From the IMG/VR virus record IMGVR_UViG_3300043633_000046, positions 1 through 47,085 of that record: a stretch of 47,085 nucleotides of DNA. One strand, 5' to 3'. Below the pieces are notes generated by a model. That model saw nothing but the letters and a program-made list of their open reading frames with translations, was not told the DNA's origin and did no database searches. A program made the translations under genes and the position numbers. The DNA is from a virus (lineage: Duplodnaviria > Caudoviricetes). Below are positions 8,961 through 17,930 of this stretch, one piece after another (position 1 is the first letter of the stretch; each line of letters begins with the position of its first letter).

Positions 8961-10405
8961 TGGCGGTCTATAACCTGAGAGACGACGAGAGCGGAGGCGA
9001 CTATCAGCCGGGCGATCCGGCGCCGTCCGTCACCGTTCCGCAAGGTACCTCGGCGAAGCAGAACTTTACGGATCCTCCCGTCACATCGCAGCCGAACTGG
9101 CAGATTCCGACGACGGACACTGGGTCACAGGTCGGGAGCGGGACGCCGTGGGATCCGGGCTCCAGTGCGCCATCCTCAGCACCAGAGGGCTATACGTGGA
9201 ATCCTGATTACGCCTCGTATGTGCCGATTCCAGGCTATCAGGCGGGTCAGCCGACCTCCGCGCCACCGACGACGGCATCGACGCCGACCACAGATACGGG
9301 CTGGCAGATTCCGACGCTCCCGAACGGCCAGCAGTATGGCGGCTCACCGTGGACTCCGGGTTCAAGTCAGCCGTCACAGACGCCTCCGGGTTACATCTGG
9401 AATCCGGACTATGCCTCCTACCAGCCGATTCCGGGGTATCAGCCACCGACGACAGGCACGGCCGACTACAACAGCGATGCGGGCATCCTCGCGGAGATTG
9501 CGCGATGGTCGAAGATGCCGCAGGCGGATCCGTCACTGTCGAATGATCCGAACTATTGGCTCGGGCGGATTAAGGCCACGGGCGGTATTGCTGATCCGTC
9601 GAAGCGTCAGTTTTGGCAGGATGCCGCCTTCGGCCCCAAGGCGTTCTATCTCAACCCGAACCGGGAACAGGGCGGGACATCGCAGACCTCGTTGCAGGGC
9701 TATACCCCGCCGACAGGCGGGCAGTATAGCAACACGAATCCGTTCTCCGATCCGGCGACGAAGAACTATATCGACCTGCTGAACTCGCGGATTCAGGCCC
9801 TACTGACGCCACAGCAAAATCCGCAGATGGACGCCCTGACGGCATACATGCAGAAGTATTTTCAGCAGTTGCAGGGGCCGACCTACACACCGGCGCAGCA
9901 GGACACGATTGCCACACAGCAATTGGATCCATTGGAACGGCAGCGACAGGCGGAACTGCGGAACGTCGCGACCACGATGGCGAATCGCGGGATTACGCCG
10001 GGATCGGGTCCATATCTCCAAGCGGAACGCGACATCAATCAGAAGTATGACAGCCTCCGCGCCCAGGTCCAGAGCGGCGTGGCGAACAACGAGATCACGC
10101 TCGGACGGCAGAACCAGTCGCAAGCCGTCGATGTCGGCTCGGCGTTGGCGTCACTCGTGGATGGCATGAACCAGCGGCAGGACACGCGAGCGAATACCGC
10201 CGTGGGCTATGCCCAGCAGATCCCGAATCTCGCGCAACAGCGGATTCAGCAGGCGATCACCTTGCTCAACGGGAGCAATGTAAACCCCGCGCAGTTGCTC
10301 TCACCGCTCGCGAACTTTCAGCAGCAGGGGATCAATCAGAATACGAACGACTCCGCGGCGTGGTCACAGATTCTCGCAGCCTTTGCGAAAGCGTTCGGTC
10401 TGTAA
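8960..10405 (+). CDS. Internal virion / ejection protein with an internal ~45-aa duplication
   Basis: GTG overlapping the TAG at 8960; Gln-rich C-terminal half; WQIPT..PW.PGSS.PS..P.GY.WNPDYASY.PIPGYQ occurs twice. Confidence 0.6.
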   Translation: MAVYNLRDDESGGDYQPGDPAPSVTVPQGTSAKQNFTDPPVTSQPNWQIPTTDTGSQVGSGTPWDPGSSAPSSAPEGYTWNPDYASYVPIPGYQAGQPTSAPPTTASTPTTDTGWQIPTLPNGQQYGGSPWTPGSSQPSQTPPGYIWNPDYASYQPIPGYQPPTTGTADYNSDAGILAEIARWSKMPQADPSLSNDPNYWLGRIKATGGIADPSKRQFWQDAAFGPKAFYLNPNREQGGTSQTSLQGYTPPTGGQYSNTNPFSDPATKNYIDLLNSRIQALLTPQQNPQMDALTAYMQKYFQQLQGPTYTPAQQDTIATQQLDPLERQRQAELRNVATTMANRGITPGSGPYLQAERDINQKYDSLRAQVQSGVANNEITLGRQNQSQAVDVGSALASLVDGMNQRQDTRANTAVGYAQQIPNLAQQRIQQAITLLNGSNVNPAQLLSPLANFQQQGINQNTNDSAAWSQILAAFAKAFGL

Positions 10406-12073
10406 ATGGGACTGTTTGACGAAACGATTGATCCACAGCAAGGGGTGAGCCTCACGCCGACGCCGGGGCTCGATCCATTGTCAGCGCCACAGTTAGGGAT
10501 TCCTCCTGCCTTGTTGCAGGGGGCGATGCCGCCGATGCCCTCGGCCCCGATGCAGGCACCCGTGCAGATGCCGACGCCGCCACAGGCGCCTCCGCCTCCT
10601 GGTGCTGGTCGGAATCTGCTCTCGTTGGCACTGTTAGGGCTCGCGGCCGGATTAGGTCCACGGCATGGCGGGGGCGGGATTGCGGCAGGACTGTCAGCCG
10701 GACAGGACGCGAACGAAGCGGATCGCCGGCAGAAGTTCAAGGACGATCAGGCGCAGTACGTCTTCCAGCAGAACGAAGCGATCCGCCAGCAGCAACTTCA
10801 GGAAACACAGGCACGGGTGCAGGCGGCCGCACAGGCGCAGCGGGAGAAGAACCTCCAAGGCGCGTTGATGTCGATTCAGGCCGATGTGAAGAAACTGCCG
10901 GATAAGGCGACCTACGACCAGCGGATCGAAGGCTACGCTAATCTCCTGAGAGGTTCAGGGTATCGCGTGGACGCGAACTGGCTGAGACAGGCGGCACCGT
11001 ATATCGCACCGGATCAGAAGGCGAAGGCGCAGGAAGCGGTCGCGGCGTTCTTCAAGAACCCGATCAACGCACAAGCGTTGAAGGACAATCCGGAACAGGT
11101 GGCGAACGGCTCGATCAAGTTCGACGCGAACGGCGATGGTGTCGCCGAGATCATCCCGCTCCGGAAGTTGCTCGACATGGCGCAAATGTCGGTAGTGACG
11201 AACGAGAAAGGTCAACCGCTGACGCTCTCGCCCTCGACGCAGGGCGACAACATGCAGGTTGCTCTACGGGCGAAGCTCGCGAAGTTCCGCGCCGAGAACA
11301 ACCGCGAACCGAATCCGAAGGAGATGGACGCGCTCGTCACAGAAGCGCGAACACCGGTTAAGGATCCGGACATGCAGGCGCTAGCGCGAACGAGTGCCGA
11401 ACTCAGTAATCAGTTGAAACAGGCGCAACTCGGTCAGCAGCCCACGCCAGAGCAGGAGGACATGTACGCGAAGCTCCTGACGACGAACAAGATGGCGCCG
11501 AGTCAGGTGCAGATCCTCGCGGGTGGCATGGGCCAGCAGGGGAAAGCGTTCCTCCGCAATGTGACGGCGAAGGCACTTCAACAGAACCCGGACTTCAGTT
11601 GGGAAGAAGCCGAATCGACCTATCAACTCGTGAAATCGCCCTCGTTCCAGAACACCGTCCGCTACATGGATAGCGTGGTGGAGTCGATGCCGCGTCTCCA
11701 GCAGACCGCGAATCAGCTTGGAAACGGGAACGTGCGATCACTGAACGCGCTGATCAATGCCGCGAAGGATCAGGCGAGCAGCGTGCCGCTGAAGAAGTTC
11801 AAGACGGATGTGCTGTTCGTGTCGGATGAAATCGCAAAGATCCTTCAGGGCGGCGGAACAGGGTCCGGCACCTCGGACGCGAAGCTTCGGCAGGCTGGCG
11901 AAATCCTGAGCACCTCGGATAGCCCGCGAGCCATTGCTGCGGCACTGGGAGAAGCCGCTGCGCTGATGGGGAATAGGCGCTCGGCGCTCACCCGTGGCAC
12001 GTATCTGGATAAACCGGCACCACAGAGTACAGACCCGGCGGCATCGGCCCGTCAGAAGTTGCAGAACCGCTGA
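10406..12073 (+). CDS. Ejection / DNA-transfer protein
   Basis: Helical, Gln/Ala-rich, one hydrophobic segment; synteny. Confidence 0.6.
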   Translation: MGLFDETIDPQQGVSLTPTPGLDPLSAPQLGIPPALLQGAMPPMPSAPMQAPVQMPTPPQAPPPPGAGRNLLSLALLGLAAGLGPRHGGGGIAAGLSAGQDANEADRRQKFKDDQAQYVFQQNEAIRQQQLQETQARVQAAAQAQREKNLQGALMSIQADVKKLPDKATYDQRIEGYANLLRGSGYRVDANWLRQAAPYIAPDQKAKAQEAVAAFFKNPINAQALKDNPEQVANGSIKFDANGDGVAEIIPLRKLLDMAQMSVVTNEKGQPLTLSPSTQGDNMQVALRAKLAKFRAENNREPNPKEMDALVTEARTPVKDPDMQALARTSAELSNQLKQAQLGQQPTPEQEDMYAKLLTTNKMAPSQVQILAGGMGQQGKAFLRNVTAKALQQNPDFSWEEAESTYQLVKSPSFQNTVRYMDSVVESMPRLQQTANQLGNGNVRSLNALINAAKDQASSVPLKKFKTDVLFVSDEIAKILQGGGTGSGTSDAKLRQAGEILSTSDSPRAIAAALGEAAALMGNRRSALTRGTYLDKPAPQSTDPAASARQKLQNR

Positions 12074-13344
12074 TGCAGGACCAGAACGCACTTACGGACG
12101 AAGAGCTGCTCGCGGTCGCCGACGATCCGACACTGAAAGCCAAGATGACGCCGGCAGAGATCGGACGTCTGTCGGCGCTCCGCTCTGGCTCGCAGAAGCC
12201 GGCCAGAACATGGACGGATACCGCGGTTGATGCGCTCCCGGCGATCGGCGGCACGCTCGGCGGCATTGTCGGCGGTATCGGTGGAACCGCTTTCGGTGCG
12301 GGTATCGGTGGCGTGCCTGGGGCGATGGGCGGCGCCGCGCTCGGAGGCGGAGCCGGAGAAGCCGCACGGCAACTCGTGAACCGTGCCAGAGGCGCAGAGG
12401 CTCCAGCCACACCAGCCGCCGCAGCAGGCGACATTGCGCTACAGGGCGGCATCAATGGGGCGCTGGAAGGCGTGGGGCAAGCCGTGGGGCCAATGCTCAC
12501 GAAGGGCGCACAGGCGGTCTATCGCGGGTATCTGAAGCCGTCACTAGCAGCGAAGAATCTGCCGAAGGCGGACCAGATCGTGCGAACCGCCATCGATGAA
12601 GCCTTGCCGGTCACTGCGAGCGGATTCCAACAGGCGGGCAAGGTAATCGCGGAGCTCAACGCCGAGGCGGATCGCATCCTTCAGAGTTCACCGGGAAAGG
12701 TAGACATCCACGACGTCGCCGACAAACTCCGGACGTGGGCGCAGCGCACCTATAACCGTCCCGGCCGGGCGCCAGCCGACTTCGAAGCCGCGATGAAAGT
12801 CGCCGATCGGATTGACGCGCATCCATCCATCACGCCGACACCGCCGAATGCACCGGTCACCGATGTCAGCGCAGCCGCGGCGAACCAGATCAAGCGCGAC
12901 ATGCAGTCCGGCGCGTCATCGGCCTATGGCGTCAAAAGCGGAGCGGAGAAGACCGCGGAGAAAACCGGCGCCAGCATGTTGCGTCAGGGCGTAGAACAGG
13001 CCGCGCCAGAAGTCGGCCCGGTCAATGCGCGGGAAAGCAAACTGATTGACGTCGCTCGGGCACTGGAGCGTGCGACGGGCCGGGAAGGCAACCTCTCTAA
13101 GACATACGGTGTCAGGGCGCTCGTCGGCGGCACGGTTGGCGCAGAGGAATACAAGCGGACAGGTGATCCCTATAGCGCCACAGCAAAAGCTGCAGCAATG
13201 GCGGCAGGGATGCACCCAGCGGTCGCGACACGGGCCGCCATTCTCGCGGCGAAGATTGGTGAACGGATGCCGGGACAGGCTCCCGCCGCGGTGGCGCGAG
13301 CGGCGGTGCAGGCCATCTCAGAGTCCCAGCAGCCCGAGGAGTAA
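12073..13344 (+). CDS. Ejection / DNA-transfer protein
   Basis: Glycine-zipper (GGxxGGxxG) hydrophobic region; last structural gene. Confidence 0.6.
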   Translation: MQDQNALTDEELLAVADDPTLKAKMTPAEIGRLSALRSGSQKPARTWTDTAVDALPAIGGTLGGIVGGIGGTAFGAGIGGVPGAMGGAALGGGAGEAARQLVNRARGAEAPATPAAAAGDIALQGGINGALEGVGQAVGPMLTKGAQAVYRGYLKPSLAAKNLPKADQIVRTAIDEALPVTASGFQQAGKVIAELNAEADRILQSSPGKVDIHDVADKLRTWAQRTYNRPGRAPADFEAAMKVADRIDAHPSITPTPPNAPVTDVSAAAANQIKRDMQSGASSAYGVKSGAEKTAEKTGASMLRQGVEQAAPEVGPVNARESKLIDVARALERATGREGNLSKTYGVRALVGGTVGAEEYKRTGDPYSATAKAAAMAAGMHPAVATRAAILAAKIGERMPGQAPAAVARAAVQAISESQQPEE

Positions 13345-13428
13345 TCCGTGAATCACCCAGAGCAGCGTACAGACCACGAAGATCCCAGCAGCGAGTTGTT
13401 TGAGACGTTCAGATTGATGCCAGGTCAT
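13318..13428 (-). CDS. 36-aa single-TM peptide MTWHQSERLKQLAAGIFVVCTLLWVIHGLLLGLLGL
   Basis: Manual translation; antisense, converging on the end of the ejection gene. Confidence 0.45.
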   Translation of the reverse strand: MTWHQSERLKQLAAGIFVVCTLLWVIHGLLLGLLGL

Positions 13429-13439
13429 AGGGAATAACC

Positions 13440-13580
13440 GAAGGCGGTCAGCCGGTACCTGGTAGGGACACCGACTGACCTAAACGACAGACCCCGTGAC
13501 GGACGGAGGTCTCCCGCCTAGAGAGGGAGCCTACCTGATCCGAATGGGGACACAGGAGTCCTTTTTTCGGACTGTGGAGC
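13440..13580 (+). ncRNA. Candidate structured leader upstream of the lysis cassette
   Basis: Stems GGTCAG/CTGACC (13446/13475), CTCCC/GGGAG (13511/13525), AGTCC/GGACT (13557/13569). Confidence 0.3.
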
Positions 13581-13587
13581 GGCGGAC

Positions 13588-13797
13588 ATGTTCGATTTAA
13601 CCATTCATCTCGGCGATTTGCTCGTGGCGGTCGGCTTTGCCATTGGAGGTTGGCGGATTGGCACGGCCTTTCGCGATGAGATTCGCGGGCTCCGTCAGAC
13701 CGTCTACGGCTCCATCGAACCACCCGTTGAAGGGCTCGTCTCGATGGTGCGCCGTCACGACGATTCCATTCTTAAACTCTCTGGCGGTTCCCGGTGA
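13588..13797 (+). CDS. Holin-like single-TM protein
   Basis: N-terminal TM followed by charged tail; first gene after structural operon. Confidence 0.45.
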   Translation: MFDLTIHLGDLLVAVGFAIGGWRIGTAFRDEIRGLRQTVYGSIEPPVEGLVSMVRRHDDSILKLSGGSR

Positions 13798-14045
13798 CGG
13801 TGGCGTGGCCCAATCCTTCCTGCTGGGAGCCCGAAGGACTGCACGCTGCCGTCACCGCGATTCCAGGATTCCTCGAGCACTGCGAAGGTCGTTGGAGATA
13901 TGTGCAAGACGCAAACTCAGGCGCGATTGATCGAGAGATGGAACGGCGGCTCTGGCTGTGGTCGATTCGACGCTACGGCCATCCGTCGTATGTGCATCGC
14001 AGCCCAAGCCGCCGAAACGTCGGCGCTTCCAAGGAGAGAACCAAA

Positions 14046-14432
14046 GTGATCAGAAACTTCCTCATTGCGTCCTGTCTCGTGCTGTTCGCCTCGGTGGCGT
14101 CCGCGCAGAACCCCATCGTCATTGGGCCGTCCACATTGCTGATGTGGGACACGCCGGGATTGGCGGCGACCGGTGCTCAAGCCTGTACGTACGCGGTGGG
14201 GACGTCAGCGTCTGGGCCGTTCGTGCCGCTCGTGGGCACCGTGACGTGTGCGGGGGCAGCGGCTCCAGCCTCATGCAGCGTGAACCTCTTGGCGCAGGGT
14301 GCCGCGATTCCTATCGGGTCTGGAACCGTGGTGATGACGGCGACATGCGGCGGACAAACGTCATTGCCGTCCACGCCGTTCGCCTATGTCGATGTCGTGA
14401 TTCCGATTCCGGCGAATGTGAGGTTTCGGTGA
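14046..14432 (+). CDS. Secreted protein with Sec signal peptide (in-frame upstream GTG at 13794 also possible)
   Basis: AAGGAG RBS before GTG 14046; IRNFLIASCLVLFASVASA-Q signal; 4 Cys in the mature part. Confidence 0.6.
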   Translation: MIRNFLIASCLVLFASVASAQNPIVIGPSTLLMWDTPGLAATGAQACTYAVGTSASGPFVPLVGTVTCAGAAAPASCSVNLLAQGAAIPIGSGTVVMTATCGGQTSLPSTPFAYVDVVIPIPANVRFR

Positions 14433-14599
14433 AGAGTGAACCGGCCCTGATTCTGGGGGCGCTCAATGCGGTCTTCGCGGTGGCGGTGGGTTTCGGGTTG
14501 AAAGTCTCGCCTGAACAGGTCGGACTCGTGAATGCGGCGGTGGCTGCGGTGCTTGCGGTGATTCTGCGGGCGCATGTCAGCCCGAGCCGGGAGGACTAA
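14429..14599 (+). CDS. Small two-TM holin-like protein
   Basis: GTGA/TAATG coupling; EPALILG..AVFAVAVGFGL.VSPEQ..VLAVILR..VSP. Confidence 0.55.
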   Translation: MKSEPALILGALNAVFAVAVGFGLKVSPEQVGLVNAAVAAVLAVILRAHVSPSRED

Positions 14600-15723
14600 T
14601 GGCTGCACACCTCTACCTGATTCAGACTGAACGACTCGACGGCACGTTGCTACCCGGTGTCGAGATGCACGCGAGCTCGCCCAATGGTGATTGGGCAGGC
14701 ATCACGAACCCGTGTGGGCAGTTCGCGCCGTCACTGGCTGCGGGTGCCTACTCCGTGGACTTTTTCCTGAACGGCCAGAAGGTCGGGCATCGGGACTGGG
14801 TGCTGGGTGATCCGCCGCAGTCAGCGATCCGCGTGGGGCTTGATGTTGGTGGCGCGATCGCCCCGAAAGCACCACGCCTCTATCGCGGCGATATGGGTGT
14901 CTTCATCGACGGCGCACCAGATGTTGGCGCCGGTGGGAATCCAAGCCTTGTACTGTCCTTCATGTATCCACGCTATCCGGCAGACGCCCGCGCGACGATT
15001 CGCGCCGTGTGGCAGGCGCGGCAATCGCTCGACGTGCTGCTGTCGTGGCAGGATGACATCGCCTATGGTCTTACGCTCGCGCAGTGCGTGACGATTCGGC
15101 AAGAACTATGCGCGGACGGCTTCCGGCCCTGTGAGTGGATGGCGTCAAAGGTCTACATGCCACGCGACAATGCTGCGCTGACGCTTCAGATCATGGAACC
15201 GACGCTGGCCGCGTTCCTGGCTGCGGATTGCATCTCGCGCTATTGCGTCGGCGGAGAACTGGACCTCTGGAACACCTACGATTCCCTGCAAGCGATGACC
15301 GATGCGATGGCGCCGCGTGTCAATGCGATCGGCCGCACATTGGCCGTGCATTTCTCCACTAACCGGGCGGACTGGCGGCCGGATCATCCGGGGTCGACGT
15401 TCGCAGAGTATTGGAATCCGAATCAAGGCAAGCTGTCGGGCGGCCTGTGGTTTCAGGCCGACTCTGACGCGAGCGACGCCGATCTCCAAGCGGAGATGAT
15501 TCCGATCCTGCAACGGTTCGCCGGCAATTTCGGCGTCGTGCCGGATTCCGGATTCGGGCATCCGTTCGATTGTCATGCGGTGGAGATCAGTCTTCAGAAG
15601 ATGTTCAACGAGGACATGAACCAAGCCGAATGCGACCGTAGAGGGCGTGTGCTGCTCGCGACACCGCCGCAGTCCGGACCTGCCGGAGCTGTGTCGGTCA
15701 TGGGCTCTGGAAACGGCGAGTAG
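14599..15723 (+). CDS. Putative glycoside hydrolase-like (TIM-barrel) protein, candidate endolysin
   Basis: Located among membrane genes; alternating beta/alpha pattern with VGGE and HAVE acidic residues; short N-terminal beta domain. Confidence 0.3.
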   Translation: MAAHLYLIQTERLDGTLLPGVEMHASSPNGDWAGITNPCGQFAPSLAAGAYSVDFFLNGQKVGHRDWVLGDPPQSAIRVGLDVGGAIAPKAPRLYRGDMGVFIDGAPDVGAGGNPSLVLSFMYPRYPADARATIRAVWQARQSLDVLLSWQDDIAYGLTLAQCVTIRQELCADGFRPCEWMASKVYMPRDNAALTLQIMEPTLAAFLAADCISRYCVGGELDLWNTYDSLQAMTDAMAPRVNAIGRTLAVHFSTNRADWRPDHPGSTFAEYWNPNQGKLSGGLWFQADSDASDADLQAEMIPILQRFAGNFGVVPDSGFGHPFDCHAVEISLQKMFNEDMNQAECDRRGRVLLATPPQSGPAGAVSVMGSGNGE

Positions 15724-15984
15724 ATGCAACCAGGCTGCGATGGGCTCTACGCGGACCAGCCCGTCTTACCGAGTATGGAGATTCCCTGGTATGGCAATCC
15801 CTCGGTGTGGTTCTGGATCGGCCTGATTGTCGTCCTAGGAGCTGTGGAGTGGTGGGCGTGGAAAGCGCATCGACAGACGCCGAGTCAGTGGCTTAGAAAA
15901 CAGGCAGGAAAGTTTAGATGGTTGCAAATCGCAGGTTCAGGACTGTTCGCGTTCCTGATCTGGCACTTCTTCTGGAGTAAGTGA
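15724..15984 (+). CDS. Two-TM membrane protein
   Basis: Two Trp-rich hydrophobic segments. Confidence 0.55.
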   Translation: MQPGCDGLYADQPVLPSMEIPWYGNPSVWFWIGLIVVLGAVEWWAWKAHRQTPSQWLRKQAGKFRWLQIAGSGLFAFLIWHFFWSK

Positions 15985-15985
15985 C

Positions 15986-16144
15986 ATGCTGACAGACGGG
16001 AATGCCCAGACGACATGGGTCTCGAAGGATAAGCGGGCGCTCATTGGCTGGATCCTCCACCGCATCAAGAGCGAATCGCCGTTCATCGAAAAGAGCGACT
16101 ACACGATGGAGACGCTCAGGCGCGTGCTGGAAGAAGAACTGTAG
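15986..16144 (+). CDS. Hypothetical protein (52 aa)
   Basis: GGAG RBS; manual translation MLTDGNAQ...LEEEL. Confidence 0.5.
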   Translation: MLTDGNAQTTWVSKDKRALIGWILHRIKSESPFIEKSDYTMETLRRVLEEEL

Positions 16145-16146
16145 AC

Positions 16147-16506
16147 GTGAGACGTAAACATGAGCAGACGGATCGGCTGTGCAAATGTCACAGCGAACCG
16201 ATGCGGATGTCGAATGTCGGCTGGCGCTGCGTGATTCGCGTTAGAGACTCGGCGAGGATTCGGAATCAGCGGTATCGCCAGACCGCACGCGGCCAAGCGA
16301 ACTACGCGAAGCACAACGCCCACCGCATTCTGATCGGGCGTGACTGTTACGCACGGGCGGAGAGCGTAGAACAAGCCGCGGCCATCAACCAGTACATCAG
16401 GAAGCGTGTGCGCGAACGTAGGGCCGAGGTGACCGCTTGTTCTGCTGCTGTTGCGACCGAGTCGCCCAGCGGCAATTCTGAGGCTCATAGTGACCATCGT
16501 TGTTGA
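16147..16506 (+). CDS. Basic hypothetical protein, 3' end overlapped by antisense HNH
   Basis: CKCH..WRC motif; in operon orientation. Confidence 0.45.
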   Translation: MRRKHEQTDRLCKCHSEPMRMSNVGWRCVIRVRDSARIRNQRYRQTARGQANYAKHNAHRILIGRDCYARAESVEQAAAINQYIRKRVRERRAEVTACSAAVATESPSGNSEAHSDHRC

Positions 16507-16921
16507 CGCGGTCGATGGAATGCGTGGACGTTGGTCTGCGCCCCATGTCTGCCAAGAACGTTTCGTAGGAACTACGCCATTGTTCGCAGACTGCGATCCC
16601 GCGTCCACCGTAGTCCCTATACCACTTGCTTCTTGGGTCGTTGCATCGTTTCCGCATGTCGATCCATGCGTGATACTCGGGAGCCCATCCACTGCGTTTG
16701 GAATCTCCGTGCGTGGTCTTGGCGCGTCCACGCTCTTCCCTGTGGTAGCAACCGCAACTGACAGTCCTGCCGTTTCTGAGCTCACGACCGTAGACCGTCT
16801 TCTCGGTGCCGCAATCGCAGCGGCAGCGCCAGTGCGTGCCGGGATATTTGCCTCTCGCTTTCTCAATGATCGTGAACCTGCCGAAACGCTCGCCGGGTTG
16901 GTAGATGATCGGTGCGGCCAT
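16397..16921 (-). CDS. HNH homing-endonuclease-like protein
   Basis: GERFGR, WRCRCDCG, SCGC, MRKRC, YGGRGI.VC..W, FLADMG.RP, SIDRVNNDGHYEPQNCRWAT. Confidence 0.85.
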   Translation of the reverse strand: MAAPIIYQPGERFGRFTIIEKARGKYPGTHWRCRCDCGTEKTVYGRELRNGRTVSCGCYHREERGRAKTTHGDSKRSGWAPEYHAWIDMRKRCNDPRSKWYRDYGGRGIAVCEQWRSSYETFLADMGRRPTSTHSIDRVNNDGHYEPQNCRWATRSQQQQNKRSPRPYVRAHAS

Positions 16922-16930
16922 AGTCACTAG

Positions 16931-16936
16931 ATTATA
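16931..16936 (-). promoter_or_regulatory. -10 element (TATAAT) for HNH gene
   Basis: Perfect TATAAT 9 nt upstream of ATG 16921. Confidence 0.5.
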
Positions 16937-16950
16937 CAGGAAACAATCCA

Positions 16951-17151
16951 ATGTCTCTAGAGCGAGAAGCTAAACAGGAGAAGAAATTGAAGGCGTTTAG
17001 GCGGGCACAGTTCAGCCTGAAACAGCGATTGGAAAAAATAGATTGGGAGTTCGACGTCTTGATCCCCGAGATCGAGCAGTTAAAGGCTGGGAAGTCCGTC
17101 CTCGGGCTCCCCGAAGGCACCGTCTTCGACATCCGCATTGACGGGGAATGA
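16951..17151 (+). CDS. Hypothetical coiled-coil protein
   Basis: AGGA RBS; ATGA coupling with the MTase. Confidence 0.55.
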   Translation: MSLEREAKQEKKLKAFRRAQFSLKQRLEKIDWEFDVLIPEIEQLKAGKSVLGLPEGTVFDIRIDGE

Positions 17152-17930
17152 AGCCCTACTATGAACACGGAGGCGTGACGATCTATCACGGAGATTGCCG
17201 TGAGGTTCTGCCGACGCTTCCGAGTCAAAGCGTTGACATCGTGTGGACCGATCCGCCGTATGGCCATAACAATAACGATGGGGACTTGATCCACCGCTGG
17301 GAGGCTGCCCTCGGCCACCCTCCCTGCGTGGAAGATCCACCGCTGGCCAGACCGATTGCTAATGATGGCCCCGAAGAAATGCGGGCCGTTGTTAATGCCG
17401 CGCTTGACGAAGCCGCACGTATTTTAAAGCGTGACTGCTGCTGCTGCTGCTGCTGCTGCTGCGGCGGCGGCCCGAAGCCTACCTTCGCGTGGCTCGCCGA
17501 GCGCATGGATCGGCAGGGACTTTCATTCTTCCATAGTGTGATCTGGGACAAGGGCGGCCTTGGGATGGGCTGGCGCTATCGACGCAATCACGAGATGGTG
17601 ATGGTCGCGCATCGGAAGGGCGGGAAGTTGAAGTGGGAGTGGGAAGGTAAAGGGCTAGAGACGGCTAACGTTGTCCGCATCGGAAAGGTTATTCCGTCAG
17701 CATCGGATCACCCGACGCCTAAGCCAGAAGCCCTAATCAGGCACTTTCTGCGCCTCCACGGTAAGGCTGGCGATGTGGTGCTGGATCCGTTCATGGGACA
17801 CGGTCCAACGCTGAGAGTCGCGAAGGACATGGGCATGTCAGCGATCGGGATCGAAATAGACGAATCGTACTGCGAGATCGCGGCGAAACGTCTTCAGCAG
17901 GAAGTCTTACCACTTGAGCGGCCCGCATGA
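17148..17930 (+). CDS. N4/N6 amino-DNA methyltransferase (beta class) with poly-Cys tract
   Basis: GDCRE, TDPPY, IWDK, HPTPKP, VLDPFMGHG.T, IGIEIDE.YC. Confidence 0.9.
   Translation: MKPYYEHGGVTIYHGDCREVLPTLPSQSVDIVWTDPPYGHNNNDGDLIHRWEAALGHPPCVEDPPLARPIANDGPEEMRAVVNAALDEAARILKRDCCCCCCCCCGGGPKPTFAWLAERMDRQGLSFFHSVIWDKGGLGMGWRYRRNHEMVMVAHRKGGKLKWEWEGKGLETANVVRIGKVIPSASDHPTPKPEALIRHFLRLHGKAGDVVLDPFMGHGPTLRVAKDMGMSAIGIEIDESYCEIAAKRLQQEVLPLERPA
17436..17462 (+). repeat. (TGC)9 trinucleotide tract followed by (GGC)3
   Basis: Directly visible; encodes C9 then G3. Confidence 0.95.

Noticed and set aside
13794-14045. 212-aa ORF as a single protein
   Set aside because: A strong RBS and signal peptide at the internal GTG 14046 suggest the true start; the upstream part is uncertain.
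16099-17318. Long shadow ORFs (16099-16866, 16451-16930, 16932-17318) and similar antisense ORFs elsewhere
   Set aside because: They overlap well-supported genes, lack motifs, and are expected in high-GC DNA.
17436-17462. ON/OFF phase variation of the methyltransferase
   Set aside because: Triplet unit changes preserve the reading frame.
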